Shown here piece after piece: positions 49,862-62,479 of a DNA stretch of 64,000 bases. The number at the start of each line of letters is the position of its first letter. Position 1 is the stretch's first letter. Under the pieces are notes generated by a model. The model was not told where the DNA came from. It saw only the letters and a list, made by a program, of their open reading frames with translations, and made no database searches. Both the position numbers and the translations under genes were made by a program. The DNA is taken from contig JAAOMT010000129.1 of NCBI GenBank assembly GCA_016748015.1, positions 186,001 to 250,000 on the forward strand, written 5' to 3'. The DNA is from Geosiphon pyriformis uo1. Taxonomy: Eukaryota > Fungi > Glomeromycota.

Positions 49862-52800
49862 ATTTTTTTTTTTTTTATTATATTTTAATGAACGAGATCC
49901 AAATACTATCTAAAACTATGATACCACATAAAGGATTACATTATAGGCATAAATCATGCGTTTTCTACACATGATCAGACACTCGACCCAATCAAGAACT
50001 CACTATACTGAATCAAAAATAAGTGAGAATAATTCCAACTCACAAATTCTCTCAATGATACCATTCAGATTCCTAGAGTCAAAAATAAACTCACTAAGAA
50101 ACAATTTAGTAGACTCAATATTGTCTTTGGTTTCAGCTCCAGACATACGCCACAAAGCAATAACATGCTCAATAGTGTTCTCACTTAAAAAAGAAGGCTT
50201 AGCAGTCAGCATACCATCATAATCCATATCACCAAAGTCAACCTCAGATCTAAGACAAGCAATGTTCTTGGAAACTCTAACCATGAGGTTAGAGAAATTG
50301 TTAACAGCACTTTTCATGAAAATGATATCTTTCTTGACCTGAACAGTTTTAACAGCATTATCATCAAGAAGATGAGACACCAAAGCAACCAAAGAACCAA
50401 CAGACTTAACAATAGACTTAACCAGAGCAGCCAAATCTGAAATCTGCTTTTCCAAAGAGTTCAATCTAGAACCAACAGCAAAATCAGCAGTAGAAGCAGC
50501 CAAAAGAGCCACCAAAGGAGAAAACTCAAAAAGACCAGAGAGAGCAGCAGTCTTGGCATATAAAACAGAACCCACAAAACAAAATTTGAAAACCTTGGGA
50601 ACCTTGGAAGTAAAAGGTGGAAAAATCTTGCAATCTACAGTCAAATGGCCCATTTCTTGACACCTAAAGCAACGCCAGCAGCCAGGAGTTTCCCACCAGA
50701 TATGGCATTTCTTTAAAGTACTAGTCTTGACTACAACAGAATCCAAATTGCTATTATGGTTTAAGAATTTAACAAAAGAATCATAAAAATAATACAAACT
50801 ATTCAATCATAATATAGCACAGTAATAATCTTAGAAAGGTAATAATTAACATAGTAACAAACACCATCTCGCAATAGTGGCAAGTACCAGTTCACAATAG
50901 CAGCCAACACCAACTGGTGATAACAGCAAACACCAGGTTAAAATATCAAAAAGAAAGTATTACAATGTGTTTTCTCATAGAACTACAAACATGTATATAT
51001 ACAATAGCTTTAATATTGAGAAAAAACAATCAAGTAATAAAAATCATAACTTATCAAGCAATAAATCCAATTTTATCCAACAAACTCCACTTTAAATCAT
51101 ACTTTCAAATTAAATATCCCAAGAAACCTTTAAATCAAAAAGAAATGAAAAAGAATATTTAAAACTGAATTATCACAACTCAAAGTATTAAAAAACTTAC
51201 TTGTATTATTTATTGAATGAAACTATCATTTATCAACTAAATCTCTTGGAAGAATAATCCTTGATCAAGATTATTCACGTTGTTATTAATTGATAAAAGC
51301 TTTATTGTTAGAATTAGAAAAAGCATTAAAGGCCATTAACATTCTGTGTTTCTAGATTAGAGAAACACATCAGGCAATTGCAAGGATAGCCTTAGAGAAG
51401 ATCCCAGACAGTGGGTAGATTTCAGTTCAGCCTCTGAAAAGGAGTACATAAACACACACAACAATCAGGAATTGAAGAATAACTTACATCACAACATTAA
51501 AAAGAAAGCTTTCAGTATAACAGTGACATTATCACACAAATAGAATTGAGGAACTTACAAAAGACTGATTGCAATTAAAACGGAATATCAGCAATTAAAT
51601 ATAATAAGAAAACCATCCTGTAATATTGTCTTGAGAGTCAAATGTAACCAAAGCAAACTGGAAATAATGACCAGAATTAGGAGAACAAGGGATGAAACAT
51701 GTTCAACCACCAATCTGAGAAATCATATCACTGATTTCAAAGGTAGTACAGCCAGGGGAAAGGTTGACCAATTTGGTCTTAAACTTATTATGAAACAAAA
51801 TAGTCTCATTTTGATTTACCAGAGAGAGAATTCTAACACTATTCTTGCCCATTAAGACTGACCAATGCTTTAAGGCAAACACAGCAGAGTCCAACTTTTC
51901 AAAATAAACTACCATGTACTGCCAAATGCCAGCAGGCTTTAGCACAACACAAGTGACACTACCAAACACACTGAGAGCCAACTTAACATCAGCAGTAGAC
52001 ACACCCAAAAACACATCACGCAGTGCAACAGCAGCAGAAGAGTAACCAGATTCAGAAACCACCAAAGACTTGGCAATTTTGAGAGTGGCCAAATGAACAG
52101 AGCTTGTAAGCTCAACCAGAAATGCAGCTTCCAAAGATTGTTGAGAAGCAAACTCCACACAGAAAAGCTTCACATTGTCTTTTGAAACAGATTTAGCACC
52201 CAAGAAACCATGCACAGACTGAAAAACAGCCTTAACATGAGCCAATTTGATCTTAAAAGTAGCACCAGACACCAGAGTGGAGGCCACCCACCCAGCAAAT
52301 CTTTGACAACTAATAATAGTTTCCCAAGCACCACCAGAAGTAGCACCAGAAACTAGAAGAGAAGATGAATCAGTTTCCATTTGATCAGCCCAGTTTCCAA
52401 GAACAGGTGACCCAACAGAAGAAGATTGTTTTGCTTTTAAAACTAGTGATGATCTGCCAGAAGACACCACATTTGACAACACAGCTAGTGGTTGATCTTG
52501 GCCTATCTTGGATGATGTGCTAGATAATGCTACAGAGATCTCATCTAAGATCTCATTAGAAACCACAAAAGAGTTCAGTGTAACAATAGCAGAGGCAAGC
52601 GACTGCCCCCACTTTTCTGAACTTTTGGTCTTTTTGACCATTTTTTTTGAGAAGGTAGTGCCAGAAGCACCAGGTGTTGAATCTATAGAGAGAAAGACCA
52701 GCTTATTTACTGGTCTATTATTAAAAACTTTTGGGCTCTTAGTTGGGGTGGAGGCAACACTGAGACTAACCCAAGTGTGTCTCTTTGAGGGAACTTTGAC

Positions 52801-53030
52801 TGGTAAAAGACCAGCCAAAGATGAAGAAGTTGATTCAGTGGCTACCAAAGGCAGCTTTTCATGATTACTGGATAAAGGGAAGACTTCTAAAACGTTTTGC
52901 TTAGTTGCTTTTACAACAGAGAGAGCTTCTCTGGTTGAAATTTTATTAGATATTTCAGGACAGATATCAGATACAGCTTTTTTACTCTTTGCTCTGGTCA
53001 TGGTCATAAAATTAGGAAGACAAAGAGTTA
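49862..53030 (-). mobile_element. ORF1-only non-LTR retroelement (HAL1-like), decayed and interrupted by a solo LTR
   Basis: ORF1 from 53007 (RRM-like segments) has a premature stop at 51703, rejoins in frame across the insertion (FDSQD|NLDSVVVK), contains the CCHC knuckle CFRCQEMGHLTVDC and a coiled coil, and stops at 50003. It is followed by a ~115-bp 3' UTR similar to that of the LINE at 55011-55124 and an A-rich tail. No EN or RT sequence is present. Confidence 0.78.
50752..51625. mobile_element. 874-bp insertion, probable solo LTR
   Basis: Termini tattat..gtaata are interpretable as TGTTAC..GTAACA after transitions. 4-bp TSD ttgc/ttgt. Removing the insertion plus one TSD restores the host ORF1 frame. 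Confidence 0.72.
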
Positions 53031-55124
53031 TTTCTTTTTTTTATTTTAATCTTAAATTTAAACTTAATTAACCAAATTTTTTTTCTTATAACCAATTATC
53101 AAATTATATATAAAATTAATTAGCTTTAAAATAATAATTTTAATATTATTAACAATAAAAAAACTTCTTAAAACTATTTTGTTTATAATATTTAATTAAT
53201 ATATTTTTATTTATTTAAATAATATTATAGGCAGTTTCATTAACCAAAATATTTATAATATTATTATTAACAATTTTAAAGTAATTCTTAACTTTAAACT
53301 AAGTAATTAAAATATTTTTTTTATATATAAAATTAAAATTTTGTTTTTTTTTTATTTAATAATAATTGTAAAAATTAAAAAATTTTGAAATTAGCTTTAC
53401 AATACATATATTTAAAACAGTCTAGCTATTAAACAAAATTTTTATTATACTAAAAATTTAAACCATATTTAAAAACCAAAAAAATAACTTGTAATTTAGT
53501 TATTATTAATATAATAAAATTTAAAACACAAATATTAATACTTATATTTAAATTTTTAAAAAATACAAAAATATTATAAATTATATTATAAAAACCAAAA
53601 CTTTATAATAAATTATTAATATAAATTTTAATAATAGATTAATTAATATTTATAAAATATTTTTTAATTATAGAAAAACATATTAAATTAAATATATTTT
53701 AACAAATAAATCTATAATTAGCAAATAATAAGATCAAATTAAGATTTTTATTATGTATAAACTTAATTATAATTTCAAATCAATATAATATAAAATTTTC
53801 TAAATTTAATTTTTTTATTAACAAAAATCTTTTAATTAAAAATTTTATCATGTTTATTAATAAATTAATTAATAAAATCATACCAAATTTTTTTAAAAAA
53901 CCAATAATTTTAAAATACATATTAATACTTAGCATATTTAATATAAAAGTTTTACTAATTAAATAAAAAATTACAAACAAAAAATTTGTTAAATTAACTC
54001 TGTAATCTTATATAATTTTGATTATATTAGCTAAAAAATTATTAATTAAATTGATTTTTAATTTAACAAAAAATTGCAAAAAGTTTTTAGAAATCTAACC
54101 TACAATTTGTAAATTCAAAAAATAATAATTAAAAGTCTGTTAATAATATAAAAAATATTCGAAAAAACTAGCAATAATATCAATTTACTTTTAACTTAAA
54201 TTTATTTAAAAAACATTAAATTGTATTAAAAAAAATAATATAAAGTTTTATTTAAAATTTTTTTGAAAAATTAACTTTGAAATTTAAGCTTTTTTAAATT
54301 ATTATATCTTATTTTTAATATATATTCTTATAAATAAAACTAAACTAAGATTGTAATTTAAAATTGATTATAATATAATAAAAACTAGATACAAAATTAT
54401 TTATTTAAATTAATTTTTTTTAAAATTTATTAACAAAAAACTTAATATTAAAATAAATTCTAATTAAACAGAATTTAAAAAAATTATTTATTAATAAAAT
54501 GATATTAAAGTATTTATATAATTTTTTTTAACTATTATAATAAAAACACTATTAATCAACAAAAAATTCTAAAAATTTATTTGTTAATTAAGATAATTAT
54601 TATTTTGTTAATATTAATTAAAATATTATTAATATTAAAAAATTTATTAATAATATTAAGAATATATTAAATAATAATATAATTATATTTAATCTAAATA
54701 GTATTATTAATAAAAATATTTGTAATAAAATAAGATATAAGACTAGTTTAATTTTTTACTTAGTCTGTTTTGGTTATAGACTTAATATTAATTTAATATT
54801 TATAAAATTATTTATATTTTTTGACTTTATACAAAAAAAAATTGTAAAAAATTTGTTATAACAAAAAAAACTTTATTTTAGTTTAAACTATTATGTACTT
54901 TATAATTATTTATAAATTTAAAATTAATATAACTTAATTAATTTTGTTATATGTTATTAAAAAATTTAAAAAATTTATTACATTTTTTATTATTATTATT
55001 ATTATTATTTAATGAGTGAAGTCCAAATGTGGCTTAGTATCATATATCATACAAATGATCTAAACTAGGAGCAAATCATGTGTTTTCTACACGTGACCAA
55101 CCACTCAGACCAATCAGAACAACA

Positions 55125-58100
55125 CTACACACTTATATGAACAGAAACCAAGTTTTCAATACCCAAGAAAAATGAACACGGATTATAAAACCCAAAACCT
55201 ATACCAAATGCTTCAGCAATACCCAGCAATCTAACCACACCAGCTAAAAGCAATGTGGATAAACCAGAAACTGAGGTAGAAATGGAACCATCACATGGGA
55301 TTAGCCTATTTTTGTTCATAAAAGCTTAGTGTTTAGCATGGACCAGCCAAATATCCTCCCTGAATATGAAGCAAAACTCATGAATGAAGTTCACAATTTT
55401 TAACATTGCAATTTTAGGATCTCTAAATACAGAACCAGATTCATGATACCAATCATTGAAAACAAAGCCTTTGCACAAAGCCAGACCAACAGCAACATCG
55501 GAAACACAGGTGTACAGCAACTGTAAAATGCACAAAAAAGACTGAGATAAATCCAAATGAACCTTCCAAACAGATGCATGAGCATTTAACAACCAAGCAC
55601 AACCTGCAGCATTAAATGGACAACAAAAAACATGGTCAAAAACCTCAACATCACCACAAAACAAACAAATCACACTGGGATAACACCTATTAAACAAATG
55701 TTTGCATACAGCAACCAGAAGCTGATGATGGAAAGCCTTTATAAAGTAAGTGCAAAGGCCGGCAGTATGCATATTAGTGAAACTAGCAGCCAAATGAAAA
55801 TCCATGTGCCATACCATAGAGGACTTTGACCAATTAATATTAGCATGCAGACTATTTAGCATGATCTGAAAGCTTAATCCAACCTCTTAGCATACACAAT
55901 GAACAGACCAGAAAACATTATGAATGAAATGTCTAGAACTGCCAGAAACTGCAGTATCACTAGCTCTCAAAAATTTTTTACTGATCAAATGGGGCAGTTG
56001 CCAGGCAGAGAGTGTGGTATTCTTAGCAAGCATATCAATACACTCATTGCCCAAGACACCCAAATGTCCCCTAACTTTAATCCAATTTACACATAAATTT
56101 TTGTGACAAATAACATCAGTAATGTGATAATGCTCAATTCAACACCAGTTCCTGAAACCTGGATGAGCCAAAAAGGATTTCGATTTGCATGCATCCAGAG
56201 CAGCCTGGCTGTCTGAGAATAAGTTGACCATCTAAAAGGAAGGAACACACTCAAGAGCTAAAGCAATGGCCTGCAGCTCCATCAGAATAGAAGAAACTAT
56301 GCCAAACACCTTCACACTCAGACCTGAGTTAATGTTCTGAAAAAAACTGCAGCATCAGCCTTCATATCAATAGTACCCAAACCACACAAAGACCCATCTA
56401 TATATACAGAAAGGCAGGCTGCATCAGTGGCCAACAGATTATTACAAATAACACTAAAACCATGAAACCGACAAACATCAGAGACAGCACCACTATTCAT
56501 AAGTGAAGAGCACCCAAAAAAAAGAACATCACCCTCAAGAAAGCGAACAGAAAGATCAAACCAGAAAGGAACTGGACGATGGGAGTCCAGCCTTTTCCAA
56601 CACTTGAAGGTTTTCCAATTAAAGATGCCACCACTTTGGTTTTGCAGCTGCTCCACAAAAGCGATTCCATAATGTTTAAGTGACAAGACACACTTAAGAA
56701 AATATGGCTTACTAAGAACCATAGACATAAAGGTACTACCCCAAAAATAAAAGGCACAGGCCAAAGAGTTGCCCAAAGACAAATCACATCCAGAAAAAAT
56801 ATGAACCACACCAGCCAAAAAGTTATTTGAAAGGTTAACACCAACACAAGTCAGAAATAGCAAAGGGTGATGAGAGCACCAATTAAAAATCTGGAGATCA
56901 TGAGACCTATGAGAAAATAAATGACCCAAAATACCAACTAAGTTTGCAAAATTAATAACAGACACTAATTTACTCTCAGCTTAGATTTGTTTAAAAGTCT
57001 TTAAATTGTACAATGAAAAATGATAAAGCATATTATTGGGAAAATCAAACAGCAGCCCTGACTTTGACTTTAGGCCTTTGTGTATCAGAGCATTCTATTT
57101 ATTACACACATTAATAGGAATGAAACTAAACTGGGTCCTGTAGCTGATGATGAGAAACAGAACTGCAGACACTAAATATGTGAACTGCTTATCCGAAATT
57201 GCCTTCCTTAAAACAAAATTCACAAAAAACTGAACATCTGAATAAGCCTTAGCCAAGCTAGACTTGGACAAACTCTCAGTCAACAAAAAGATACCCAAAT
57301 AACGATGAGATTCTCCTTTCTTTGCAATAAAAATAGACAATCCACTAATATCAAGCTGGGAATTTGTAACTTGACAATTGATAGGAACAGCCACTGTTTT
57401 GTCATTATTTATGAAAATGTTATTAAACCTGAAAAATTCACTAGCAACATCAAGGATGTGTTGTGTAGCAGCCTGGCTGTTACCAATTCATATTGTATCA
57501 TTGATAAAAGCACCAGTAGCAAGAAATAAAGTCAATCTGGCCTAAGGATCCGCTTGGCCAGTCTTAGAAATAAAACTGGAATTTAATCTGTAACCACAAA
57601 CATTTTCCTGTCTCTTGACCTCACACAAGAGTAAATCATAGAAAATGTGCCAAAGAAGAAGTGAGAAAACTTCTCTTTGGTCCAACCCATCATGAACATG
57701 ATACTTATTAGTCAATTTGAAGTCTGTTATCATCTTATTGATGTGACCATTGTGAATGCAACCAAAGAATCTTATAAACTTGTCGCACATCTTGATTCTG
57801 ACCAGACTCTTTCTGAAATGTTTCCAACCAACCAAGTTATAAGTCTTACGCATGTCTTGTAAAACCAGCCAAAGTTCTCTGTTTTTTTCCAGGGCATTCT
57901 TAACAACAGAACCAATGGCAAAAATAGGAGATTGTGTTATTGTGCCTTTCAAAACAAGAAGTTGTCCCCATAGAGAACATCGAAAGTGCTGTAAGCTGAA
58001 GAGATCCTGTCTGAAAAAACCTTAAAAAAAATCTTGCAGGCTGTTTCAATCAGAGCAATTGAATAAGTATTCGTGAAAACACCCTCCCATTTATACAGTT

Positions 58101-59797
58101 TTGGTATCATTAAAACCCAAGCATTTCTCCAAGGTCTAGGAACTGACTCATTAACTAAGCAAGAGTTCAGAAGCACCAAAAGCATATCTAAAACTGACTT
58201 GTTGCAATGTTTCTACAATTCATTAGAAATACCAAAAAGGCCAGCAGCTTTTTCATTAGAAAGGTTCTTGACAATGGCAGACATCTCATCAAGACTAATC
58301 AAACACATAACACCAGAGAAAGCACCATCAAACACGTAATTCAGAGGCTGAAATTGGCAAACCTAATCAGTGGAAAGATCAGATACCACTTTACATTTCC
58401 TGGTCCATCCCTCCATGATTTCATCCACCTTAGATTTGACCAAATTCAGTTCCAAAATCAACTCATCTCCCACAACCAGATGATCCAAAACTACTTTACA
58501 AAAAAGATGCTCCAATACACTCCTGATGGTATGACTTTTGCCTAACTCAAAACTCTCCATCCTCCTAGCAATAGCTTGCTTGATATGAGACTCCTCAGTG
58601 TGCTTGGATTCCAATAACTTGGCAGTGTGATATAATTTTCTTACCTTGGCAAGTGCAGAACAAATAAGATTAAAATTAGAACCTAAAAGAAAAAGAAACT
58701 TCATCTCTAATGCACCAGTGGAATTGAGCTTGTCCCATGTTTCCAACAATGCAACAAAATCACAACAAAAAATTAAACATGATGTCTTGACCAGTTTGGA
58801 AATGAGCAACTCCAGCTTATGAAACCTGGAAGACTTCTTGGTGAAAACACCATCAAAACTCTTGAACCATTTTCTCTTAAATGCACTATCAGCCAAGAAA
58901 ACTATGATCTTGTAAATAATGTCTTACATAACATCCAGATCCGAAAACTCCACAGCAAAACCAAATGCATCCGAGAACATAACAGCATTAGCAACTGTAT
59001 TATCTCTGAACTCAAACCATTTTGCTTTATTGGCATTTTTGATATCAAATTTCCAACAATTTCTATTCACTTGTTTGTGAAGAGAAATCAAATAAGTATC
59101 CAAAAGTCCATCCAATCCCAAAGACACAGAAACAGCCTGGTAATCTGTGTCAAAATGTTTGCTAACATCGGAAATGCCATGATAAACAACCACATTAATT
59201 AAATTTAAAGAAATAAACACATAGTTAATGGTTTTTTTGACACTTCTAAAATTTGTCCAAGTGGGCATTTTAGCAGCCAAGCTTCCAATTAAAGAATTAA
59301 CCAGCTCCAGATCCAAGCATATCTTAAAACTAGCACATTTTTAAAACTCATCTTTATTAAAGTCACCATCGAGAATGATAAAAGAAGACTTATTAACAGT
59401 CTTTGCAATAAGAGAGTTGATTTTACTGGCTTGAGAGAACCAAACTGCCAAAGAAGCACCAGCATAAAAACCCAATATAGACACAGAAAGCTTATTTTTG
59501 AAAAGCAATTTGATGTATAATAGCCAACCAGGCACCTTAGAGACCTTATACACATGTCTCGCCAAAAAAAAATCCATGACAATAACCACATCAACCAGAG
59601 TTCAAACCAGAAGTAAATACCCAAACACCATCAAATCTGCTGGCGATCCACAGACAGACCTTTCCTTTTAGCTTTGATTTCATAAAAATAGAAATTAAAT
59701 TGCCCATATCTTTATGCTAATGAATGATATTATCCTGTTTTGCAAGATTATTCATTTCTTTAACATTACATGTGGCAACTTTCCAAACCAGATCTAT
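55125..59797 (-). pseudogene. LINE ORF2 (EN-RT-RNase H) with many stops and frameshifts
   Basis: APE motifs ATCNVKEMN, ILDGDFN, KTINYVF, TDYQAV; RT motifs LIPK..ALIETACKIF, LQDMRKTYNLVGW, GLDQREVFS, AFINDT, YLGIF; RNase H motifs VYIDGSL, ELQAIALAL, SDSQAALD; C-terminal CLFCGDVEVFDHVFCC. Confidence 0.92.
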
Positions 59798-61620
59798 TAT
59801 TGAGAAGGACAAAAAACAGGCACTAAACCAGCATTGTCTATTTTAGCTAAAAGATTCATAACCATAACTGAAAGATTTCTCAAAGTTTCTTCCATTTTCA
59901 AGACTACCAAAGGATCAAAAACTACTGCTCCCACTACAGTCTTATCACCAGTGGCCACACCCAAACCTTCACTCATCACTATATCTGCCCCTTAATTCTG
60001 TAATGAAAGGGTCACTAACAGCTGATGTCCAGGACTAAGCTGGGAAACTGTTGGTCCAGGTGTGTCCAACCTCTTAGCCAGCTTATTAACACACTTTACG
60101 AGACTAACAAAACTGCATTCAAGAGTGGCAAATCTGTTATTTATATCCAAAGACACCAGCGGGGTAGGTTTCATTTCTAAAGAGAAGCCCATTTTTTGAA
60201 TAAACATTCTGACCAAAGAGAGAGGAGAAAGAAGACCCACTGACAACAACAGTCCATGAAGCACTACCAAAAGTGACTGGCCGAGTGACTGGAGCTAAAT
60301 GTTTAGCATAAATAGTCACCAGTCTACTTTTATCAGAATTCGAAAGCATCTGATATGGCAACCTGCCAGAAGACAATTTTCCACCAAGACCACAACCCAA
60401 AGAAGTATGATCCAACCTCCTACACTTTGCACATGTAGCAGAACCAATATAGAACCAATGAAGATGAACACCTTTTAATACAGGTGTAATTCTCATGACA
60501 GCATCTAATAATTTGGCTGACTCAAAACAAACAACAGCACATCTGGTCTGGGCATACATGACCAGATGATAATCAATCACACACATTTTCTCACCTACAG
60601 AACCAATGAAGTTCCAGATGTCATGAGCATTTGTTTCCACAGATAGAATATAGAGCAATGCTCTGTAAAGATCTCTTTTATTCCATATAACCTTATCCAA
60701 ATCTAATCTAGCAACATGTACCACATTCTTTCCAATCAGAATAGACTATCTATCTGCCAAAAGATCAGCCTGAGATTGTTTCTTAAACTCAATAATTGCT
60801 TTTTGCCACAGCCCCACTAATTGCATTTTGATCAACTTAATTATACCAAATTCAGATAGCACAGTATGCACAGCCTCAGCTAATGTTCCAACTGGAATTT
60901 TTTTCATCATTACAGTCCAATCTAAATGACCAGTTGATTTTTTAAGATTGGTGTTCACCAAGATCTTTGCATTCTCAGCTTTTTTGAAAGCCTGTGCCAA
61001 GCTCAAATTGGAAGTGAATGATGCTCTGATGATCTCAACAAATTTTGAGGGAGTAGAGGCCTCCCCAAAACCATTGATTTTTGAGAATAATTTCCTGACC
61101 ACCACAAGCTTTTTCTAAGTAGATTTCCCAACAACATTGTTCAAACTAATGTCCAGAGCAAAAGATTTTCTAACAGAGATATTGACCAAGTTTTTTAGGA
61201 GGGAAGAAGAACCACAGGACCATCCAAGAGGATATCATCATTATTGCTGTCCAGAAAATTGATTTTGCTCAGAGGTTTACCCAAAGCTTGCTTAGTGACT
61301 ATCTTAGGCTCTTTAGGTGTTTGGTTATTGTTTTTTTCTTTTAGAAAATCCTTTTCTCCATAATCTACATTAGTCTCCTCAACTAAAAACTCCTCTTCTA
61401 TGTTCATACTGTTAGATTCAGTGGTATCTCCAGCCTCAGACCCCCAAAAACTACCAACTGCTTTATCAGACAAAACCATTTTCTGAGCTGCATCATTCTT
61501 TAGAATACTGTTTTTTCTTTTTTTCTAGAAGCAATATCCTTACTAACAATATTAGCACTAAAGCCTTTGACAGACTTTTTCATCGCAACAACACTGGAAC
61601 CAACAATGGTCTCATAATCA
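59797..61620 (-). pseudogene. LINE ORF1 (gag-like: RRM-like segments, CCHC knuckle, coiled coil)
   Basis: Fragments KSFALDI, RKLFSKINGFGEASTPSKF, QLVGLWQKAIIEF and CAKCRRLDHTSLGC; homologous to 62601-64000. Confidence 0.85.
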
Positions 61621-62479
61621 AGCAAAAACAGTTTGGATTTATTGTACTGAATTGTAAAAACTTCTTTTAAAAAACTTTTTTTGATTCTTTTTTAGGAATT
61701 TGGGACAAAAAAGAGAAAAAAGTTTTTTCTTATAGTATTTTTATTACATATTTTGATTTTTTATAGATTATTTAAAAGATAAAGCCAATTAACTAAAATA
61801 TATTTTGTATATTATTATAAATAATTTAAAAAATAGAGTATCATAATTTTTAGTGTTTATAATAAATTAAAAGTAACAATTTTTAAGAGTTTTATAAAAT
61901 TATTAAAAATTTTATAATTTATTAATCTTTAAAATTTTTTTGTCATATTTAAAAATTTGCTAAAGGTTTTAATTATTAATAGTTTATTTATTGAGTTTTT
62001 TAGTTATAAAACATAAATATAATAAATGTTTTTTTGATATAATAACTAATTTATAATTATTAAAATAGTTATTAATAAAATGTTTTTTTATTGTTTTTTT
62101 AAATTATGTTGTGATGTTATTTATTTTGTATTAATTAATAATAATTACTAAGATTTAATATTGTTTTTTTGCTTTTTTAGTAAGCTAATAATATAATAAT
62201 TAATAAATCTAAATTAAGATAAGCTTTTTTTATTAGGTTATTACAAAGTTAAATTACAAAATTTATTTATAATAATCAATTTTTTCAAGTATATAGCTCT
62301 ATAAAAAAAAATAAAAAAAAATAAAAATAAAAATATTTTTTTTTTATAAATTAAACTATTTGTATTTATACATATTTTCTAGTTTTATAAGATTGTTTTT
62401 AATAATTTGTTATTATTAATTATTGTTTACTATTGCTAGTTATTTTCTATTATTTAGTATTATTATATATTATATTCAA

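Larger units (their letters stand above)
54988..61700 (-). mobile_element. Full-length but decayed LINE (ORF1 + ORF2: APE endonuclease, RT, RNase H, Cys motif) with a (TAA)n tail
   Basis: Collinear ORF fragments in canonical order, a short 3' UTR, and a (TAA)n tail at 54988-55010. The 5' boundary is approximate. Confidence 0.92.
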
